Source: Pseudovirgaria hyperparasitica (lineage: Eukaryota). Taken from it: a stretch of DNA of 64,000 bases. Position 1 is the first letter of the stretch, and each line of letters starts with the position of its first letter. Where the stretch lies: the NCBI GenBank assembly GCA_010093815.1, contig ML996570.1, one strand, 5' to 3'. The translations under genes and the position numbers were made by a program. The notes under the pieces are model-generated. The model ran no database searches, was not told the origin of the DNA, and worked only from the letters and a program-made list of their open reading frames with translations. Shown here in pieces: positions 35,842-49,497 of this stretch.

Positions 35842-37641
35842 ATGTTGCAATTCCAGAATTCCGTGAGGACACGATACCTCTCATATTCCTTTCTACTCTA
35901 TCTGGCCTCTGTTTCAGTCTTGCCAAATCTTGCATTGGCACAGGACACTAATCTTGACTGGGTCAGCTTTGATCGCAGTCAATTCGACGGAAATGCTGCA
36001 CTCGATACGGAAGGAAATGTCCAAGTCTTCTGGAAGACCGGAGACAACTACTCGACATACGGAGTTGCCTCTCGATCCGAGGGTTATCTCGCACTCGGAT
36101 TCAGCGAGACTGGCGCAATGACTGGTGCTGATATTGCCGTTGGATACAGAAACAGTGATGGAGAGTTTGTGCTTGAGAACCGCCATGCAACCGACTTTGT
36201 CACCCCGGAACTGTCTGATGACCAAACCAACAACATTCGGCTGAGAGAAGGGTCCCAAGAAAACGGAGTGACAGCGTTCGTGTTCGAGAAGAAGAACAGG
36301 GCAGATTGTCTTGAGAACCAAGTCGATGTCTCGACAGACTCCTGGCAGTGGTTCATATACGCCTTTTCCGACGAGAACACTTTTGCCCAGCACGGGCCTG
36401 GTCACAACGGAAAGAAATACATCAAGCTAGGCACCGGAACGACGATTTCGGTCAACGAGATCCGAGATATCGACGGTGCACAAAACTTCACCATCGCCCA
36501 GCCTGAGATGACCATTCCTACCCAAGAGACCACCTATTGCTACACCCTCCACAAGCTGCCCGAGGGCAACAAGAACTTCATCCTCGGCGAGCGCCCTTCG
36601 TCTTCCAGCGACCTGCTCCACCACCTCGTCGTCTACGCATGCTACGACCTCCCCGACTCGGCCAAATCCATGGTCGGCGAGGACCCCAACTGCGACTTCG
36701 AAAACTTCTCCAACCCATGCACCGGCTTCGTCACCGAATGGGCACCCGGCATGACCGGCCGCACCTTCGAGCCCGGCTTCGGCAAGCCCTTTGGCTCCGA
36801 CAGCTACGAATACGTCATGTTCGAGACGCACTACAACAACCCAGACGGCCTCGACGACGTCTCCGCCACAGCCGCCTACACATTCCTCTACAACGACGAC
36901 CAAGTCGACACCGAAATCGGCACCCTCACCCTCGGCGACTACCAAGTCGAAGGCTGGACCCTCGAGCCCGGCCAACCCCTCGTCCCACACTCCACCGTCT
37001 GCACCCCCGAATGCACCTCCCGCTGGCCCTCCGCCGGCATCACCGCCGTCAGCGTCTTCTTCCACATGCACCAGCGCGGCGTCAACCAACACGTGCAAAT
37101 CATCCGCGACGGCGTCGAAATCAGCCCCCTAGCCTCCATCCGCAGCTTCGAGTACGGCTACCAGTTCTCCAAGAGCATCGCAGAAGTCCAACTCCTGCCC
37201 GGCGACAAACTCATCACCATCTGCGAATTCGACACTTCTGCCGACGATACCCCGGTGCCGGGCGGGCTGGCGAGCAGGGACGAGATGTGCTTTGCCTGGG
37301 TCGACTATTATCCTGCTAACGGCGTTATTGTCTGCTCGCAGCTTGATCTCGGCCAGGCGCCGGATAATCCGCTTAATGGCACGGCGGCGCTGTGTCTGGA
37401 TGCGTATAATGATAGTATGCCTATCTATCCGTCGGACCAGATCGACGCGTCGTTTACGCCGTTGGAGGAGAGGGGGAATGCTTGTGATGTGTCTGGGGAT
37501 GCCACTACAGATGAAGCGCCGTCGAGTGCGGGACCGGCGGGAGCGAGTCCTACGACGGGCTCAGCCTCTTTATCCAAGGGGTTGCCGGTGCTTTTCGGGG
37601 CTGTGGTTGTTGCGGCGACGGCATTGCTTGTTACTTGTTAA
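35842..37641 (+). CDS. DOMON + copper type II ascorbate-dependent monooxygenase (DBH/MOXD1-like), secreted, probably GPI-anchored
   Basis: Signal peptide; DOMON GYLALGFS...MTGADI; ETTYCY, LLHHLVVY, ETHYNNP, FFHMHQRG, GDKLITICEFD, DEMCF; hydrophobic C-terminus; TATATAAA 35768-35775. Confidence 0.9.
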   Translation: MLQFQNSVRTRYLSYSFLLYLASVSVLPNLALAQDTNLDWVSFDRSQFDGNAALDTEGNVQVFWKTGDNYSTYGVASRSEGYLALGFSETGAMTGADIAVGYRNSDGEFVLENRHATDFVTPELSDDQTNNIRLREGSQENGVTAFVFEKKNRADCLENQVDVSTDSWQWFIYAFSDENTFAQHGPGHNGKKYIKLGTGTTISVNEIRDIDGAQNFTIAQPEMTIPTQETTYCYTLHKLPEGNKNFILGERPSSSSDLLHHLVVYACYDLPDSAKSMVGEDPNCDFENFSNPCTGFVTEWAPGMTGRTFEPGFGKPFGSDSYEYVMFETHYNNPDGLDDVSATAAYTFLYNDDQVDTEIGTLTLGDYQVEGWTLEPGQPLVPHSTVCTPECTSRWPSAGITAVSVFFHMHQRGVNQHVQIIRDGVEISPLASIRSFEYGYQFSKSIAEVQLLPGDKLITICEFDTSADDTPVPGGLASRDEMCFAWVDYYPANGVIVCSQLDLGQAPDNPLNGTAALCLDAYNDSMPIYPSDQIDASFTPLEERGNACDVSGDATTDEAPSSAGPAGASPTTGSASLSKGLPVLFGAVVVAATALLVTC

Positions 37642-38121
37642 TCCTATTCAGATATTGCATTGGAGAGCGCGCGCGAGAGAGAGAGACACTATAGATTCCA
37701 TGAAGTCCACCCTCATCCCTTGTATGTATTCTTTTGAACCTGGAATTTATATTTAAATATATCATATGTACATGGCTGGCATGGACAAACAGTCCAAAAC
37801 ACGCTATACCGTGTATTCCAACGTACTACTACTCTAGATGACACAAAGCAACGAAAACGCCGGACAGAAGCGTATGGCGGGGGGCCCGAAGGCCCCCAGT
37901 CCCTCCAAAACTTGCAATTGCACGAGAGCCCCCCGTCCCAATCCCTGACGCCACACATGCTGAACCCGCTCTAAATGCTCCCTTCACTGTTCCACCTGTC
38001 CTATATGCATTACAAATCAAAAACATCAAAACGATCGACTCCTTCTCTGCTTCCCTGTGCTCTTTCTTTCCCCTCCTCCTTTACGCGGAGTAATAGTCAC
38101 TCCGCTAAGGGAAAATAAGTC

Positions 38122-41100
38122 CTAATCCTTGTGCCCCGGCAACCTGTCCAAAAGCTTCTTGCCCAGTAGCATCTTACTTTTCCTCCTCGTGCTCTTCGAA
38201 TCATCGTCCTCCGTGCCATCATGGCCCGCCGTGCTTGGCCTCCTTCCATTGACGCCATCGTGCTTGTTGCCCAGTGGACTTAACCCACTAATCTTCTCAC
38301 CGATTGCATTATGCGTCCGCTGGCTTAAAGTTGTCAGGTGTCTGCTGAGCGTGTGTCGTACCGTCTCCGGCTCCATGGGATCCACGCGGCCAAGCTCCTC
38401 GGCGAACTTGACTGCTTCACCTTGAAACTCTTCCTCGCCGGGAATGTGCTCGCCAGGTACCCAGGCTGAGTGCATGGATGATGCGTAGCTGCTAGCTGGC
38501 TGAGAGATAACCGAGCCGCGACCTGAGCGACCTGAAGTGAAGGATTTGCGTGGCGGGCCGGACGGATCGGACAGTGAGGTGTCGGATGCATTGGCTGGTG
38601 TGGATGAGTACGGGCTGCCGGATGTGGGTTGGCCTGTCGCACAGTCTTGGGCTTGCTGGACAGCGGCGGAGGAGAGTAAAGCGCTGCTATTGGCGATCTG
38701 GCGGAGCTTGCTCTGTTGCAACTTGCTGGGGCGGTGATGGCTAAACTTGTTCCCGATGATGGCGCCAGTATGGCTTATGAGCGCCCGAGTAACGTCCTTC
38801 TTTAGTTGCAAGGCTAGGTCGAGGTTTGACCATGTCTTGTTCCGATACTCGAGAGTTGGCATGCGGAACACGAGATTATGTACATCCTCGACATTGCGCT
38901 GACCTTTGCCCTTATAAGACAAACAAAGTACCAGGCTTGGGATCTTTACATATGCCAAAGTCATGTAGTTCGATGCACGAGACATCATCTGCGTAAGGTC
39001 ATCAGAGCGAGTCTCTTTCTTAGTTGCGCTGGTACTGGTCGAAGCTGTACTGCTGTTTACACGCGTAAGTCGAAATTTGTTTGGTCTATTGCCATCAAGA
39101 GAATTGGAGTGCGATGGCTGCCCACTTGACGACATTACTGAGGGTGACCGAGCGCTCGGTGGACGAGTGGAATGAGTAGTGAGTGTGTCCGTAGAAACGT
39201 CATGCTTGCGGAAAATCGATCCTCTACTACTACCCGTAGAGTCTCGGAAAAGTCCAAGGCCGTGTAGTCTATCCCGATGTGACTGGGCACTACTCTGTGT
39301 TGACCGCGTCCTAGACTGTGAAAGATTGAGCGTAGGCTGAAGTCTTAATTCTAAAGATCCAGCGCCCAAAGCATCATCTTCCGGTGGTTCTTCGATTGTC
39401 GGGATATCCGGCACGTGTCTATTGCTAGGCTCCCCAGACTGCTCGTCCTCGTCCTCCTCTTCTTGTGATGGCAACATGCTACGGACCAAGAAGGGAGAAG
39501 AATTGGTGTGCTCAGCTCCCTTTTTCCCTTGCTTGGGGAAGACGTATTCGAACAACTTGAGACCAATTTCCTTTTCTAGCTGGACCTTTAGCGGGAAGAG
39601 GTTGACTTCAAAGTGGTTGACGACAGGTATGCCAGCAATAGGCTCCAGCATCAACCAGTTTACTCGAAGCATTCTGGCCTCGCGACCCTCCGCAAATGCC
39701 CGTCCTTCCTCTTCAATAAACGGAGATATCATTTCAGGATACAAAGCGTTCGGCAAGAGATTTAGACCCTGCACACGACCAATCTCCACCGTGTTGTTAT
39801 TTGACCCATCGTTATTATTAGTGCGATCAAAGGAGGCATCCTTCAGTTGAAATTCGGCGAGAGGCTCATTGCCCTCACGCACCAGGTGCCATACAATCTC
39901 AGACGCGGCAATATACCATCGAAGAATACCCTCCGATTCTGATGCCTTTGCTCTGTCGTCCATACGTCGCTGTGACGTGGTAATAGCTTTCATCATGAAG
40001 AACAGCTCGTCTTCACAAGAAGCCAAGTCTTGCTCCATCGCGAGCCGGTCTCTCCATCCTTGGCGATCAAGATATTTTTCGTTGACCTGGAAATGCGTCT
40101 TGATTTCTTCTAGTTGACGAATGCGCTCCTGGAGCATGACTACCATTTCTGGAGCCCCCGACAGGTTGCTGAAATCGGACGCGAGTATGATCTTCTCGAG
40201 CCGCTCGTTCCGCGTCTTCTCCAAAGGCTCGCTGTACAAAAGTAGATCCAGAACGATAATATATAAAGAGTAGTATTGTGCAGAGTCGCAAATAGCTCTG
40301 AGATGTGGAAAGTCAATCCACAGATGGTCCATGCGATTTTCTGCCGAATCCACCACAGACCGTCTCTTCTTGTCACCACCGGTAACATCGTCATTGTACT
40401 TGAGACGTAAAGTGTTGTATTTATCGAAGCGCAGGCTCGCCGAGGTCCTCTTGACAACCCTTTGAAATCCATAAGGATTGAGTTCAAATTCGAACATAAC
40501 CTCGAATGGTACCCACGGCGGCCACGATGATCCGTAAGGAGCGCCATAGCGGTTACCAGAATACATGTGGAGATAGTCGGTGGAAAATGTCTTGCTGTTT
40601 GTCACAAACATCTGCAGTGAGTCCATCGCTGCCGTGAACCTCCGCTGGACAAGGCCGCTGACCGAGTCGCTCACACGCTCTTTGTCCATGATGGAGATGA
40701 CCTTCAATTGCATACCCTTGGCAGCAACAAGCACAGCAGCGTTCTTGTTCTTCTCGCTCTGTAATTGGATTTGTGGCGCGATCAGACGTAGGTGGTACGA
40801 ATTTTGGGCTGTGAACTCCATTGCGATATCTTTACTTGCAGGATCTGCATAGTCCTCATTTTTCTCACTCTTTTCAGCGTCTTCTGCTTTAACAAACTTT
40901 TTGGCGTCATCGATAAGCTGTTGAATTCGATCTTCAATATCAGGATTTTCGCTCATTGGAGACATCGGAACTGACCCCTCTGCTGACGAAGTACCTTCGC
41001 GACCGTTCGTGGTGGGATATTGTGAGGTCCCTTGTTCTTCTACAATGTCTAGGATAAATTTGACAGCTTTTCTGGACATGTAATAAACAAAACCTCTCCG

Positions 41101-44100
41101 CTGACTGACTTCGTGGATGTAACGTAGAATGATGTTACGCAGAGAATTGTTCCACTTCAGCTGAACATTGTGAACAATGAAACGATTGTTGAAGTCACTG
41201 ATATAATCTGCGAACGGCGTAGAATCCAAGCCCTTCACGTCAGGATCGTGTGCGTCAGAGGTGTCTTCTCGGGCCTCGAAGTATTCGTCGTCTGCAGCTT
41301 CGCCTGTATCCGGGACGGCGCGTCGGTCACCAGTCTTCAGTCGCATGTCAAGTGTATCATACGCTGATTGGAGAAATACCTGCTTGCGCCTAAGTGCATC
41401 AGAGTGCCTCTGCAAGATACGTAGGCGTTCGTGCAGTTCTTCTTTCGGATTCGACTCTCTGACAATTAAGAGCTCTTGCTCTCCAATCTCGCGATTGTTA
41501 TGATCAAGCTGTTCAATGACTCTCGCTAATCGCTCTTCGATTAGGTCACGTTGAACTCTCCGAGGGTCATTTCTTGCGGACATTACACAAAAGTGCGTTG
41601 GTTCTTTCCCAAAATGGCTGTGTCGACTGGGATCCCCCGAAATATGGCCCTGGTGGTCTGTTTGCCGGAAGTATGTAAATCGTGGCGCGAAAGCCAGAGG
41701 GAGTATTTGCGTTTGTGGCACGGCCTCCGTAGGGAGTACCCAATCTAGCTCCACGAAATCATCCATGTCAATCCATTTGAGGTCCTTATCAGGTATCGTG
41801 AAATTACTGAGGTCCACAGGCGACGTGGCGCCATCCGTTTGGTAAGAGGCTAGCATTTCGTCTGTGGCCTCGTCGAGATCGTTGGAGTTCGGAGCGTTAA
41901 CAAGCGCAGATATCGCTCTAATATCTGCTGCGATGAAGTCTAGCTGAGCTTCGTTGATCCGCATACCTGTGGTTTGGTTCGACTTGTCATTTCCTGACGC
42001 TTTCGGTCCTTGTACCAGGGTCTTGAACTCTTCTCGTCGCTGGTGGAGATCGAGCATGAAGCTGTCTAGTCTGACCTTTAGTCCTGTGGCAGAGATAGCG
42101 CCATTATCGGTCCCTTCGTTATCTTTATGTTTGTAGATGTGGCTCATGAAGAGGGGCGACAATAGCAAGTTGTATTTGATCGTAGCAAGATGTCTCCCAA
42201 ATTTTTTGCTCGACTTTTCAACCCCGGGCCAAAGCTTGCCCTGCCGAATTGGCAAGGACATAGCACCAGAGAACATCGACCACCAGTTGAAAAAATGGCT
42301 GAAGAAGCGTGGTGTAAGGTGAACGCTGTTGTAGTTGCTCGAAGGTTTCAGATTAGCCACAGACCAATCTCGATCGTGGGGTGCTGACACTGCTATCGAA
42401 AGATGGATATGGTTGCTCCTAAATCCACGAAATGCATCATAAACCTAAACGAGTCAGTGATATTTAGCGACATAAAGCTCATATTTGACGTACCTTGTTA
42501 TTAGCACATTTCGCAAACTCCGGATTCTTCAGGACCACTTTGTAATGAGGAATGAATTCGAATGACCGATTTGAGGCTCTCTCGAGGTTACGTTCGAACA
42601 CGAGACCGGCAAGCCACTGAACTCGGCCAGAGAGCTTCATGATGGTCTTCTTGAAGGATGCTTGGTGCCGGTTGCTGAGCCCACTATGAACACTATCGGC
42701 GTCTGAGATTTCGGGATCGGCTAGAATACGGGCGTAGTGACCTAGATCTGGAATTGCGAGCACGTAGTTACCACTGTCGACGGTCATGAACTTCTTCGGA
42801 TCATCATGGCGACACAGGCTCCATCGAACGTCATTTCGCCAACACATAACAAAACCAGCACCATGTCCTGTGACCATGTATGGATCGCGTGAACCTAAGA
42901 AAGTGTGTATGTTAGGACTAGGTGCCCACGAGTAGTGACAAGAAAAACTAACCTTTCAGGATTAGGTGGACATCCCCGTCGCCCTTCCAGTGTACATTGA
43001 TGCGTGAATGGAAGGTGAGACGGATTTTGTCCCAGAACCCGACCCTTTCCGATGGGTCTATAGCCGGCTTGGTGAAGCTTTCAATGACTTGCATCATGTC
43101 CTGAATAGCTGGTTGATACGATGTTCCCCAAGTAAACCGGGTCGGATAGCTCGTATTGACATCGACGCTCATGTCGGAATATGTCTTGACAGGAGAGACA
43201 GTACGTGGAACTCTGACTGAAAACCCTTTGGCAGCCTTTCCAGTGTCGTCTGTTTGAGCTGGGACTACCACAACGTGCACATATCGCATGGATTCATGAT
43301 CTTGAAATTCTTCCCCAATCACAAAGTCTGTTCTCAGAGACAGACTTGGCAAGCGCGGCGATTGTCCTGATCTAATGGCAGGTACATGAAGCAATGGAAG
43401 TGGATAATCTCGAAGGGTCACTCTGACTTCGCCCATGTTGACCTGAACATTCATAGGAATGAGCAACGAGTACTTTTGGTCGAATGGCATGCCTTTACCA
43501 ATGCGATGTAAGAAGGTCGAATACTGTGAAACTGGAAAGGACGGCTTATCGATGACCAGACTGAAATCGCTCACAAGCATGCCCATCAAGGCAGGTCTTT
43601 GAGGAATCGCCATGATGACCTCTTTTTGCTGAGTATCATCATCAGGCATCTCATCTAGGCCCCAGAATATAGATCGGATGTCCTTCATCGTCCGAGATTG
43701 CGTGTCCAGCCCGTGATCGATCCTCTTCTTCCAAGTTTGCGCATTGAGCTTCTGAAGTCTCTCACGGGCTTCCTCAATGTCCATTTGTGTTGATGCAGAC
43801 ACATTGGCTTTGCCTTCCATGTCATAACGCATTTCACGAGTCTTGCGGTTGGGCGACAGTGTATCCTCGTCTGAGACATGCTCGCTTTTGCTTCTCCCTT
43901 TCGCTGATGTGCGCTTCTTCTTAATTCGACTGCGACCCTCGTGCGTTGACTTGGCGCGCACTTTATGCGACGTTGATCCACGAGTCTTATTAAGCTCTTC
44001 GAGCTTCTTCACTTTGAGTCGGAAAGCTTCCTCTCGAGCTAGTCTCTGCTTTTGTTCGAGTAGGCCTAGACGGTATATGACACCCAATTTCCACTCAAAC

Positions 44101-47100
44101 GAACCATCTTCAATTTCAAAAAGCACAGCTTGGCTTCTGAAAGAAATCTTGGGGACATTTTTTGGTTTCTCAGGCTCCTTGTCCAGGATGTATTCGTCTG
44201 TTCCAGTGTGAAAGCGGTGGTGTAGCTGCTGCACTGTTTTTGTCAAATTGGCGAAGTTATCGAAAATCTTGTGTATTACCAACTGATGAGGTACCGCAAG
44301 CCGGACGGCATCAGTAGCTACGTCGATCGATCTTTCCTCGACTGTATGGCCTCCCGACGGCTTGTGGCGAGACTTGCGCAGGTCTACCCGTGCGCCTTTA
44401 ATACTGACTACGCGACTCCATACGCCCGGCATTCTCGGTGTATCGGCATACAGTCGTGTGAGACGTGCGCGGAAGAATGGTGGGGCCCAACGATGTCTCC
44501 CGCTCTCCAAGTCTTGGATTTGGATCATGAGTAGGGGATCGTTAGGCATGGTGGCCTTGATCTGTACAAACGCAGCCTTGATATCGATAGTAGTAAGCTC
44601 TGGTTTCCCACTACTCAATTCTCCAAGCTCGTCAACTTCGATATCTGGCACACCAAGGCTGCGACCAGATCTAGTCTGGGTTGGCGTCTTGATAGGAGGT
44701 TTAAATGCTTTGCGAAGTACAAGCGTAGCCACGCCGATACAGAAATGGCGATACATAGAATAGTGGAAGAACAAACTTTTGGCGAATGTATTCACATGGA
44801 ATATTGGCCCTGAGTTATCACTAGACGTTGAGAAGGCAACTTCGAAACGTGGCAGTCCAAGGAATGGTTCCGGTTCCCAGGTGTCAGCCGACTCGACGAC
44901 GAAGCCCTCAAGACCTTGAACATGGAATGCAAGCCGTCGTCCGTCGCTTGCATTAGTAAGCTTCCTCATAGGAGAAGCCGGTGGCGTAGACGGCTTCAGA
45001 TAATCTTCGCGCTGAAAGGTCCTCGACGCAGCTCGCCTCCTTGTATGCTGTCGTTCAGGCTGCTCTTCCCGATTTGCTTTATACTCTGCGTTCCACGAGT
45101 CTAAATGTACCGCGACGCCTTTCGGAGTATCGGAGACTTGCGGATCTATTCCTGCAACTTCGGCGCTGAAGTCTGATCCAGTGAGAGAAAAGTGCTGTAG
45201 CCAGGAAGGTAACCGTCGCAAAAAGCTTACTTTGGAGGACATATGAGTATGATAGCGTCGCATAGGGGACGTTTCGCTTCGCAATTGCACGACAATCTGC
45301 CTGATACCTTCGGCGATTTCTGGTCGGACCATATAAATGGAGAAAGTCTGCAAGTCGCCGGACGCGATCACTGCCACTTCAGGTGAGGCGCTCACCTGTA
45401 CTTTAATCTCTAAGCTTTCAGTGAGCAGGAGGTTGTGCTTCTCACTGGATGCAGTCTGGTAATACAGCTGGTGGGATTGGACACGAAAGTCGGATGCAAG
45501 CGAATAATGCAATTCTCCGCCCGCAGAATGTGAGGATTCAACGTCAAGTGAAATGTTCGACATGGCTGATATCAACAGATCAAATTCGTCAGTTCCCTGC
45601 TTCTCCTTCTCCATTGGAGGAAGAGTAACTCGCACAACAGGTTCATGAACGGAGACCTTGATACTGGCTTTCGGGAGAAGTTTAGAAATTAAGTGTCGTT
45701 TGGTTTGCCTCGAGGGCCGTATCACAGAAGACTTCTCACGGCCCTGGAGAAGATCAAGAACGAGTGGAAGGTGCTTGGGGTCGAGGTCTAGGGATGGCGA
45801 TGTGGCAACCAGGTTAGCATAGAGAATGTTGGCGTTTCTCTCAGCAACATTCTTCTCACGCTGATATTGGATGGTCTTTGAGGGCAAAGTCGTCTTAACA
45901 GTGGCGGTGGCCATCGGAATATATAGCAACCTTTCATGATCCTCGCGCCCATCGTCAATTCCTACTGAGACGGCAATGGCCGCAAGAAGTGCTTGATGAG
46001 CTACATCATTGCGTGAGAAGTACTGTAGATGGGCCGGGCTTTTCTGGTCAAGGCGCACAAGGTCCAATCCGACTTCCTTCATGGAGACGTTGAGCCATAC
46101 AGGTGTTTCTGTAGCATTTGCTGACCGGATGCGCTTAGTAAGGCCTAGATAGCTGACGGCAAACTGGATCTCCTGTATTCCCCTAAGTATAGAGGCAACA
46201 AACTCCTTTGAGTCGGACACGGTGCGCACAATATTCTCTTCGCGGCTACCCGGTTGGTCCAACTCTTCAATCACATCTGAGAAGGATATATCCGATTCGC
46301 TAGCGTTCGTGCCTCTTCGGCGGTGGTGTAATGATCTACATCGCTTGCTTCTCTCCACAGCTGTTTGAATCTCATCAGAGGGAATGTTCAGACGTCCCAG
46401 CTTCAAAGCTATAGAGGCGTCCCGAAGACCGTCCAGTTCTTTGTAAAGAAAACCATGCACGTTCAGGGTACAGTGGTCCAAGATTTCGGCAGATTCGCCG
46501 CCTTCAGGGTTTAGCAGAATGCTCCGCACGGTAAAGATCCATTCGGCCGGTCTGCGCTCGTCCGTCTTCGTCTTACGGTGCTGAAAGAGTCGGCTCCGAT
46601 CGACAGTCTTGCGCCTAGTGTCCACAGCCATCGTAAAGTGACTGACCTGGACCGATCCGACATCAACCACGACCAGAGCCGAGCTCGTTGTTACCAAGTC
46701 CACCAGCTTTATCCACTGTATTTTCCTGTGTAACCGCTTGATCTTCTCTTTCGTCTCGGTCAATCGCTCCCATGTCCGACTTCTTGGTGTCTCAATATGC
46801 CCAGTGCCATCATCGTCGAAGTCGGATGATATTGGAGTAGAAGTTTCGCCCAGCTTGTCTGTGGATGAGTTAGGCCAGTGAACCCAGCCAGGGCGTTTTG
46901 GGGGTTTCGATCCAAGTTGTTTGAGGTCTATTGTGATCTTGAGCTCTGTAAGGACGACACTGAGCCATGTCGGCTGAGCAAATGTCGGTCGGTGAAGATT
47001 AAGGCCCAGTCCGCGAAGCTCTATCTTAATGCCATCACGCGGGACGTAGGCTATACGACGCAGGCCTGTGTACCCAATCCTTTGTATCGAGACTCCGGTT

Positions 47101-47189
47101 GTGACGCGTATGAAAGCGAATAGGACAAACGAGCCCAGGTATGCTAGGACAAGCAAACCAGCGACGAAGGATACCGAAGGAACAGCCAT
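38122..47189 (-). CDS. FMP27: FMP27/Hobbit/BLTP2 bridge-like lipid transfer protein
   Basis: About 3000 aa with N-terminal TM; LRDYPLP, GFWDKIR, WPPWVP motifs and Apt1-type C-terminus (LEYRNKTWSNLDL); introns 42952-42895 and 42493-42445. Confidence 0.95.
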
Positions 47190-48006
47190 GTTGGGCGCGC
47201 TGCCATAGGTCGCGCAATCGTCAGATAAGACGGACTGCGCCGGAAAGCAGTGAGGCCACACAAACGATCAACGCGCCAGAGGAGTGGCTAGGGTTCGGAC
47301 GTTCGGACTCTGCATTTCTGTCTTCACACACTGCGAGGTATTGCGCAGAGGGTTGTGTAAATAAAGTAGCGCCGATCATTCAAGGATGAGCAATATCGCA
47401 AATGCGTCGTTCGTGGGAGTGGGTCGAACGGAATGCGAGGGGAGCGTCTGAGCAAGCAAGTAATTAGCTTGTATCCAGGAACAGTCTTCACACGGAAGTG
47501 GTTTAGAGTCGGCAGAGGTCGAATGACAGAACGGATTAGGGATTGCGATCAGTGTTGCAAAGGCGATAAATACGGATGGGAATGTTGTGTGAACGGGCCA
47601 TGGCTGATCCGTTTCCGGGAAGGTGTAATATCTTGACCTGCAATACCGCCCCAACCTTCCACGGAGGGCCGCACTATGTATTTTGCTTAGTCAAGCTGGA
47701 GCAACGCGTGGTGACATCAGGCCTCATCAATTAAGCCTCATCGGGCCTGACTGCCGTCTCCGACTAATTCGGGGGTGCGGGCAGCGGCGATAGGGCTGTC
47801 CGGGGCGGGCTCCCCAGCTAAAGTACGGGGGGACATGGGGCGACACGGGGCTACTCATCAGCCGCATAATAGCTACATCCACGCACGCTTCCCCCATTAT
47901 CACGATTCACCCTCAATAAATCCAACCTCGCGCGATACCTGCACCAAACACCGTAAGAATCATTATGTTCGTCTGCCTCATCAATCATAGTAGACATACA
48001 TAACAT

Positions 48007-48277
48007 TTTGCTCCTTTACCAAGCACTCAATACACGGCACATGGCGCACGGGGAAAGGCTCCATCATAGACATTGCCATTGGTCTCAGACATGGCTTCGC
48101 TAACTTTCCTCAAAGGCCGCATCCTCTCCTTTCATCTGTCTTCACTAGATATTCTTTCATACCGTCGTTGACCCTTCAAAGGCCTCATCGTGGTCGGTTT
48201 CAAGGAGATGCAGGTGGTTCGTGCCAAGGCCAAGTAACGCTGCTGTTCTTGTCCCGGAGAATCCAGAAATGTGCTCA
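48007..48277 (+). promoter_or_regulatory. Putative Mac1-type copper-response elements upstream of Ctr
   Basis: TTTGCTC 48007-48013 (yeast CuRE core) and TGTGCTCA 48270-48277 (Aspergillus Mac1-type site). Confidence 0.45.
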
Positions 48278-48434
48278 AACCTGCGCTTATCTCCGCTTTT
48301 CCTCTGGGCTGTCTTGAAGATCCCTCATGTATTATTTATATCCTTATCCCTTTCGCACTTCTTTCTAGCTCATCCTGGCCTCACCTCCACGAAATCAGGA
48401 GAAAGAACCGTCCGAAACAGACTCTCTGAACACT

Positions 48435-49114
48435 ATGGACCACAACATGGATATGGGCGGCGGCTCCGGGCCTAGCTGCAAGATCAATGTGAGCTTCCAC
48501 GAAACGCATACAACTTGGACCAAGGAAATTAAATGGATGCTAACAACATCCAGATGTTGTGGAACTGGTACACGATCGACGCCTGTTTCCTCTCTTCGTC
48601 ATGGCACATCACCTCGCGCGGCATGTTCGCCGGCTCTATGATCGGAGTCATCCTCCTCGTCATGGCCCTCGAGTTCTTCCGCCGACTTGGGAAGGAATAC
48701 GACCGTTTCCTCGTGCGTCAGTACCAGCGTACGTACAGCTCGCGTCCTGCTCTCGAACCAGAGTCCACCACGGCTTCTTCCGGTCCCCCAAAGTCGCCTG
48801 GTGTTACGGTCAGGGCCAGTAACCCAGCCCAAGCAAGCTTCAGGCCGAACCTGGTGCAGCAGATGGTCAGGGCTCTGTTGCATATGGTTCAGTTTGCGAT
48901 TGCGTATATTGTCATGTTGCTGGCTATGTACTACAATGGCTATCTCATCATCTGTATCTTCATTGGCGCTTTTCTGGGCAACTTTGCGTTCAACTGGGAG
49001 AGCATTCCACTTGGGTGAGTACAAGGACTCCCAGCTTGTCCACAACAATCCTAACATCATACTAGAGGAGGCGAGGGCAGACCTGCAGAGGACGCGACTG
49101 TATGCTGCGGTTGA
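48435..49114 (+). CDS. Ctr-family copper transporter
   Basis: MDHNMDMGG...CKIN|MLWNWYTIDACFL, MLLAM (MxxxM), GAFLG (GxxxG), C-terminal VCCG*; introns 48489-48553 and 49015-49065. Confidence 0.95.
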
Positions 49115-49497
49115 TGTAGTAGTTGGCGACTATCATACTATGACGAGCGAGATAGTTTGGTATACGAAGGCGTTACGGTCCTTATTGAGTATGAACAGAT
49201 GATGGAAGATACATGCTTGGACGACTAGATGACCAATAGAACGCGCGCGTTTTATCACATAGTCGATATACGCCACCCGGTGCAGCATGCTTGCGTTAAC
49301 TCGTCTAACATCGACTACAATCTCGCAGCTAATGATGAAAGGGGCCATGGCAACAACCGAAGAGGTAGGGTGTTAGCCGACACTGCATGGAGCACTGCAT
49401 GGAGAATAGCTGGATATACTGAATAACGATCTCTTCGGAAAAACTTCTCGAGTAGATTCGCTTCCAGACAGTGACACACTAATTCCAAACATAGATC

